Assembly (NCBI GenBank): GCA_018693855.1
Contig: JABHMO010000043.1
Coordinates: 4,450 to 68,449, forward strand
Origin: Candidatus Falkowbacteria bacterium
Lineage (GTDB): Bacteria > Patescibacteriota > Patescibacteriia > UBA11705 > JABHMO01
Length of the DNA: 64,000 nucleotides
Reading direction: 5' to 3'
The notes below the pieces were generated by a model. The model had not been told where the DNA came from, did not search any database, and saw nothing but the letters and a program-made list of their open reading frames with translations. Numbering within the stretch: the first letter of the stretch is position 1; every line of letters begins with the position of its first letter. The position numbers were made by a program, and so were the translations under genes. Positions 59,580 to 64,000 of this stretch are shown here, one piece after another.

Positions 59580-60125
59580 ATGCCAAAACAAGACACTTCT
59601 CGAGGGAAAAGATGGTACGTTATTCACACATACAGTGGATACGAAGAAAATGTAACTGAAAATCTAAAACAAAGAATCGAATCAATGGACATGGAAGACA
59701 AGATTTTCAACATCATGGTTCCTACAGAGAAAAAAATCAAAATCAAAAACGGAAAACGTAACATCATTACCGAAAAAATCTTTCCTGGATATGTTTTCGT
59801 TGAAATGTCTGTGACTGACGATTCATGGTACGTTGTACGAAACACTCCAAATGTAACTGGTTTTATCGGCACAGGAACAATCCCAACACCAGTTAGTGAT
59901 GCTGAGATCAAATCATTACAGAAAAGAATGGGTGTTGAAGAACCAAAATACTCAATTGACGTTGAAGTTGACAGTTCTGTTAAAATCATTGACGGACCAT
60001 TCAAAAACTTTGAAGGTAAAGTTTCAGACGTTGATGAAGAAAGAGGAAAAATCAAAGTACTTGTTTCAATGTTCGGCAGAGAAACTCCAGTTGAATTAGA
60101 TTATTTACAAATCACACAGATGTAA
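59580..60125 (+). CDS. nusG: transcription termination/antitermination factor NusG
   Basis: WYVIHTYSGYE, FPGYVFVEM, GPF, MFGRETPVEL. Confidence 0.97.
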   Translation: MPKQDTSRGKRWYVIHTYSGYEENVTENLKQRIESMDMEDKIFNIMVPTEKKIKIKNGKRNIITEKIFPGYVFVEMSVTDDSWYVVRNTPNVTGFIGTGTIPTPVSDAEIKSLQKRMGVEEPKYSIDVEVDSSVKIIDGPFKNFEGKVSDVDEERGKIKVLVSMFGRETPVELDYLQITQM

Positions 60126-60326
60126 TAGTAAATAGAAGTAAATCGAAGTGAATCGAAGCGAGTCGAAGTAAATATAGTGAATATAGCCTGTCTGCCGTAG
60201 TTTTATAACGTAGGCAGATAAATTTAGCAGGTTTGGAATAACTTAATTACCAATCATGTAATATTTACAATTAACCAGTTGCTAGGATTTCGATAATGCA
60301 ATCGGATACCCTAGCGCTAAAAATGT

Positions 60327-60749
60327 ATGGCAAAGAAAGAACTAACTAAGATTAAATTGCAAATTCCTGCTGGGAAAGCAACACCTGCTCCTCCAGTTGG
60401 ACCAGCTCTTGGACAACATGGTCTAGACATTCAAAATTTTTGTAACCAGTTTAACGACGCTACAAAAGATAGAATGGGAGATGTTGTTCCAACAATTATT
60501 ACAGTTTACGAAGATCGAAGCTTTGATTTCGTAACAAAAACTCCTCCAGCTTCAGCGCTAATCATTAAAGCCGCTGGATTGAAAAAAGGATCAGGAAAAC
60601 CAAACACAGAAACAGCTGGAAGTATTACAAAAGATCAACTTCGACAGATCGCAGAAGTAAAACTGCCTGATCTAAACACAAACGATGTTGAACAAGCAAT
60701 GAAAATCGTAGCTGGGACAGCACGACAATCTGGAGTTAAAATTAAATAA
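60327..60749 (+). CDS. rplK: 50S ribosomal protein L11
   Basis: [26 protein letters not shown]. Confidence 0.97.
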   Translation: MAKKELTKIKLQIPAGKATPAPPVGPALGQHGLDIQNFCNQFNDATKDRMGDVVPTIITVYEDRSFDFVTKTPPASALIIKAAGLKKGSGKPNTETAGSITKDQLRQIAEVKLPDLNTNDVEQAMKIVAGTARQSGVKIK

Positions 60750-60766
60750 TTAACAATAAATAAATT

Positions 60767-60805
60767 GTGGGAGTTATTTTCATCAGAAAGTAACGCCTGA
60801 ACCAC
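60767..60805 (+). promoter_or_regulatory. L1-binding autoregulatory leader
   Basis: GTGGGAG...stem...GAACCAC between rplK and rplA, resembling known L1 leader motifs. Confidence 0.65.
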
Positions 60806-60883
60806 GATCCACATAAACTTAATATCTTCAAATATTAAAAAAATGGGTCGTATAGATCCATTTTTTATTTATACTATAAAAAT

Positions 60884-61558
60884 ATGACAAAAAGAATCAA
60901 CAAACTAAAAACATTTATTGACCAAAAAAAAGTTTATCCAATTGCTGAAGCAATTGAACTTGTAAAGAAAACAGGAAAAAAGAAATTTGATGAAACAGTT
61001 GAACTTCATGCTCGACTTGGAATCGATCCTAAAAAAGGTGACCAACAAGTTCGTGGAACAGTTGTTCTACCTCATTCATTTGGAAAAAGCAAAGTAGTTG
61101 CTGCTTTTGTTCCACAAGAACAAGAAAAAGAAGCAAAAGAAGCTGGTGCTGATGTTATCTATACTGAAGACAACCTAAAAGAGTTTCAAAAATCAGGAAA
61201 GATCAATTTTGAGATTGCTGTTTCAGTTCCAAAAATGATGAAGAACCTTGCTCCACTTGCAAAAACACTTGGACCAAAGGGATTAATGCCTTCACCAAAA
61301 AACGAAACTATTACTCAGGATTTGAAAAAGACTATCAGTGAACTTAAAAAAGGTAAGATCGCATTCAAAAATGATGATTCTGCAAATATTCACCAAGGAC
61401 TTGGTAAGGTCAGTACTGAAGACAAAGCTCTGATTGAAAACTTCGAAACATTCATCAAAGCCCTATCTGACTCAAAACCAGAATCAAGCAAAGGTGTCTT
61501 TATCAAAGGAATTACAATCTGTTCTACTATGGGACCTGGTGTTAAGGTTGAGGTGTAA
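60884..61558 (+). CDS. rplA: 50S ribosomal protein L1
   Basis: KFDETVE...LGIDP...VRGTVVLPH, LGPKGLMPSPK, STMGPG. Confidence 0.97.
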   Translation: MTKRINKLKTFIDQKKVYPIAEAIELVKKTGKKKFDETVELHARLGIDPKKGDQQVRGTVVLPHSFGKSKVVAAFVPQEQEKEAKEAGADVIYTEDNLKEFQKSGKINFEIAVSVPKMMKNLAPLAKTLGPKGLMPSPKNETITQDLKKTISELKKGKIAFKNDDSANIHQGLGKVSTEDKALIENFETFIKALSDSKPESSKGVFIKGITICSTMGPGVKVEV

Positions 61559-61736
61559 GCACATTTGACGTTTAACCTTTGACATTTGACTCAATAGTAA
61601 ATAATCATTCTTACTAACCGAGGATGCGAATCCTCGGTTAGTAGAAAACTCATAAGAAAATAATCGCAAACTTAGTGTTTGCGGTTATTTTTGTTTACGG
61701 ATTTTACCTAAGATTACAGCAATACCAGCATCGAGC

Positions 61737-61765
61737 TTGACAAATTATGAAAAATATGATACAAT
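61737..61765 (+). promoter_or_regulatory. sigma70 promoter
   Basis: TTGACA-aattatgaaaaatatga-TACAAT. Confidence 0.7.
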
Positions 61766-61838
61766 CTTATTGTAATGCAAATCTGCATTGCGCTTCAAAA
61801 AAGCCGGGGTATACCACCCCTCACTTAGGAGGTGTAAA

Positions 61839-62315
61839 ATGGTAAAATCCTTAAAAGCTATCCTCGCGTCCTTTCCCTCCACGTGCATCGAGAAGGTTCG
61901 CCTGATCAAGCATGCGGAATTCAAGGACATGAACGACCTCGACGAGGCCGTCAACGAGATTGCTTGGGCAGAGGGAGTCGACAACGTAAACGTTCGTCGG
62001 CTTCTGGACGCCTTCTGGGCCAGTGTCGCGGGGGTGGAGATCGTCACGATCTTCGTGAACGACAAAGAGTGGCTCTCGGGAAAGACCGAGTGCTTCGACT
62101 GGCGATACGGAACCCAGATCATCCCACGAGGTTCGTGGGCGATTGGATTCTTCGTCAGAGGGAACGCGGCCAGCCTGGCCGCGCCGGAACTGACCGAATC
62201 CAGAAAACAAGCGCTCCACAACGTCCTTCAGGACGCACTGGAGCACGTCGGTGCGTTTAACACCGACGTCGAAGAACTCATTGAAAGGCAAGTGCTGCCA
62301 ATCGAAGAGTTCTAG
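61839..62315 (+). CDS. GC-rich hypothetical protein (158 aa)
   Basis: ATG 61839 after AGGAGGTG; terminator agacggaacc...ggttccgtct near 62331-62366. Confidence 0.75.
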   Translation: MVKSLKAILASFPSTCIEKVRLIKHAEFKDMNDLDEAVNEIAWAEGVDNVNVRRLLDAFWASVAGVEIVTIFVNDKEWLSGKTECFDWRYGTQIIPRGSWAIGFFVRGNAASLAAPELTESRKQALHNVLQDALEHVGAFNTDVEELIERQVLPIEEF

Positions 62316-62621
62316 CCCCCCAACAACAGATAGACGGAACCACTCACCTGGTTCCGTCTTCGCTTTTTAAAAATTAAATCTTAGATTTACTAATTTTAGC
62401 CAAATCCCCTGTGCGTAACTCACTTTGCGTTACTGGGTTTGTTTTGGTAAAATGAATAAGAAATACAGTAGAGAGAAGTTTGAAGATAGTTAAGAAGATT
62501 GAAAATAGAAAATAGATTCATGTTATTTCTAACTTCCAGCCTCAATCTTCCTAACCATCCTCAATCTTCCCCTTTCTAAAATTTCGTTTAAACAAGAACA
62601 AACATAAAAAATTATCGAACT

Positions 62622-63131
62622 ATGTTAACACGACTAATCATGGTAATGACCGCTGATGGTGTGATTGCAAAAGGATCAGATCATAATCCAATGGATTGGA
62701 CATCAGCTGAAGATAAAGCTCATTTTAAAGAAGTGAGTAAGGATTTTGGTGTGATGATAATGGGACAAAGTAGTTATGATGCAATTGGTTCTCCCCTACC
62801 TGGCCGACTAAACATTGTATTAACAAAAGAAAAAAGAACTGATCAACCTGGATTACTTGAACATAAACAAGGCGATATAAAAGTTATTCTTCAAGAATTA
62901 GAAAAAAGAGGTCACGATAAAGTTTTAATCTGTGGCGGTACTTTTGTAAACTCATTATTTCTGCAGGAAAACTTAATCGATGAAATCCAAATCTCAATCG
63001 AACCAAAACTTTTTGGTTCAGGTCTTCGATTGTTTGATAAGATTGATATAAACACTGATTTGCACCTAATTAAAATAAATAAACTCAACAATAATACAAT
63101 TAACTTATTATATAAAGTCATTAAAAAGTAA
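62622..63131 (+). CDS. folA: dihydrofolate reductase
   Basis: ADGVI...EDKAHF...IMG..SY..PLPGRLNIVLT, ICGG, LIDEI. Confidence 0.88.
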   Translation: MLTRLIMVMTADGVIAKGSDHNPMDWTSAEDKAHFKEVSKDFGVMIMGQSSYDAIGSPLPGRLNIVLTKEKRTDQPGLLEHKQGDIKVILQELEKRGHDKVLICGGTFVNSLFLQENLIDEIQISIEPKLFGSGLRLFDKIDINTDLHLIKINKLNNNTINLLYKVIKK

Positions 63132-63190
63132 GAGCTATTAAGACTTGCTATATTTACTATATTTACCATATTCACTAAATTCACTACTCT

Positions 63191-64000
63191 ATGCCTGTCA
63201 ATCTACAAAACCCAAATCAAACAGACTTAGCTGGGACGAAACTTTTATGAACCTAGCTTTTTTAACTTCAAAAAGATCGTCTTGTAAATTTCATGAAACA
63301 GGCGCTGTCTTTGTTGATAAAAATAAGAGAATCATCTCAATCGGATACAATGGTTCAACTGCTGGGGATCTTCACTGTTTAGAAAAAGGTTGTGCAAAAG
63401 TTGACGGCGATCCAATTAGCGGCCAATTAAAAAGATGTCGCGGTGCACACGCGGAAATTAACGCCATTATTAACGTACAAGATTCAACAAGATTAAGAGA
63501 AGCTACTCTGTACACAGTTGTATTTCCTTGCTATGACTGCATGAAAGCTTTGAATAATGCTGGGATAAAAGAGATTGTTTACAATGAAATCTATACAAGA
63601 ATTCAAACTGGCGGAGAGAAGACTGAAGAGGAGAATGAAGCATGGGAATTGGCTAGACAACAAGGAATTGTGGTTCGACAGTACAGTGGTGAGAATTTTT
63701 ATGAAGAGAAAATGAATAGAATAAACCTTTCAGTTGATATGGAAAAAACAGTTCAACCGACTAGTCATCGAATTGGAGTAACAGGATTTATTTATAATCA
63801 AGATAAGGTTTTAATCGTAAAACGATCAGACACTGAATCATTCCTGCCAGGTTTCTATGAATTAGTTGGTGGAAAGATTGAGATGAATGAAACATTAGAA
63901 AAAGGTCTTGAAAGAGAAATTTTCGAAGAAACAAATTTAACAGTACAAATTACAAAACCGTTCTCTGCGTTTGGGTATAGCACTGAGCAGGCAAACACTG
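63191..64000 (+). CDS. dCMP deaminase (ComEB-like) fused to a NUDIX domain (partial, runs off window end)
   Basis: Hand translation: RLSWDETFM, IGYNG, HAEINAI, PCYDC, then VLIVKRS...ELVGGKIE..ETLEKGLEREIFEETNL. Confidence 0.88.

Noticed and set aside
61745-62291. Overlapping ORFs 61745-62221, 61851-62291 and 61883-62260
   Set aside because: Shadows of the 61839-62315 gene, which has the promoter, SD and terminator

Overview
AT-rich bacterial chromosome segment. It is probably from a Patescibacteria/CPR (Parcubacteria-like) genome; this is inferred from the SD-less housekeeping genes, the NLPY-type PrmC, the long tmRNA tag and the giant surface protein. The core content is a surface-polysaccharide cluster (wzz-like, wzy/ligase, methyltransferase, GT4), smpB-ssrA, infC-rpmI-rplT, tRNA-Asp, a MacAB-like ABC operon interrupted by a four-helix-bundle gene, a ~3390-aa surface protein, lgt, rpmE-prfA-prmC, an ABC-F, rplY, rodA, gyrB, secE-nusG-rplK-rplA, folA and a dCMP deaminase-NUDIX fusion. 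Main oddities: (1) an ~11.5-kb, mostly GC-rich block (3385-14893) of secreted, Cys/Asp-rich, myxobacterial-looking proteins lies between wzz and wzy, and three of its genes carry a repeated two-hairpin + boxA-like leader; (2) housekeeping genes lack Shine-Dalgarno sites, while about 17 orphan genes carry SD sites, most of them strong AGGAG-type; (3) gyrB has an in-frame TAG, and its last 29 codons are duplicated around a cargo gene; (4) families of short tandem-repeat arrays form inverted pairs, either flanking the four-helix-bundle gene or empty, with nested REP-like palindromes, and some lie inside coding sequence; (5) there are unannotated small transcription units (a 27-aa basic peptide, a 58-aa ORF, a ~200-nt candidate ncRNA). 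No CRISPR array, integrase, transposase or rRNA was seen.
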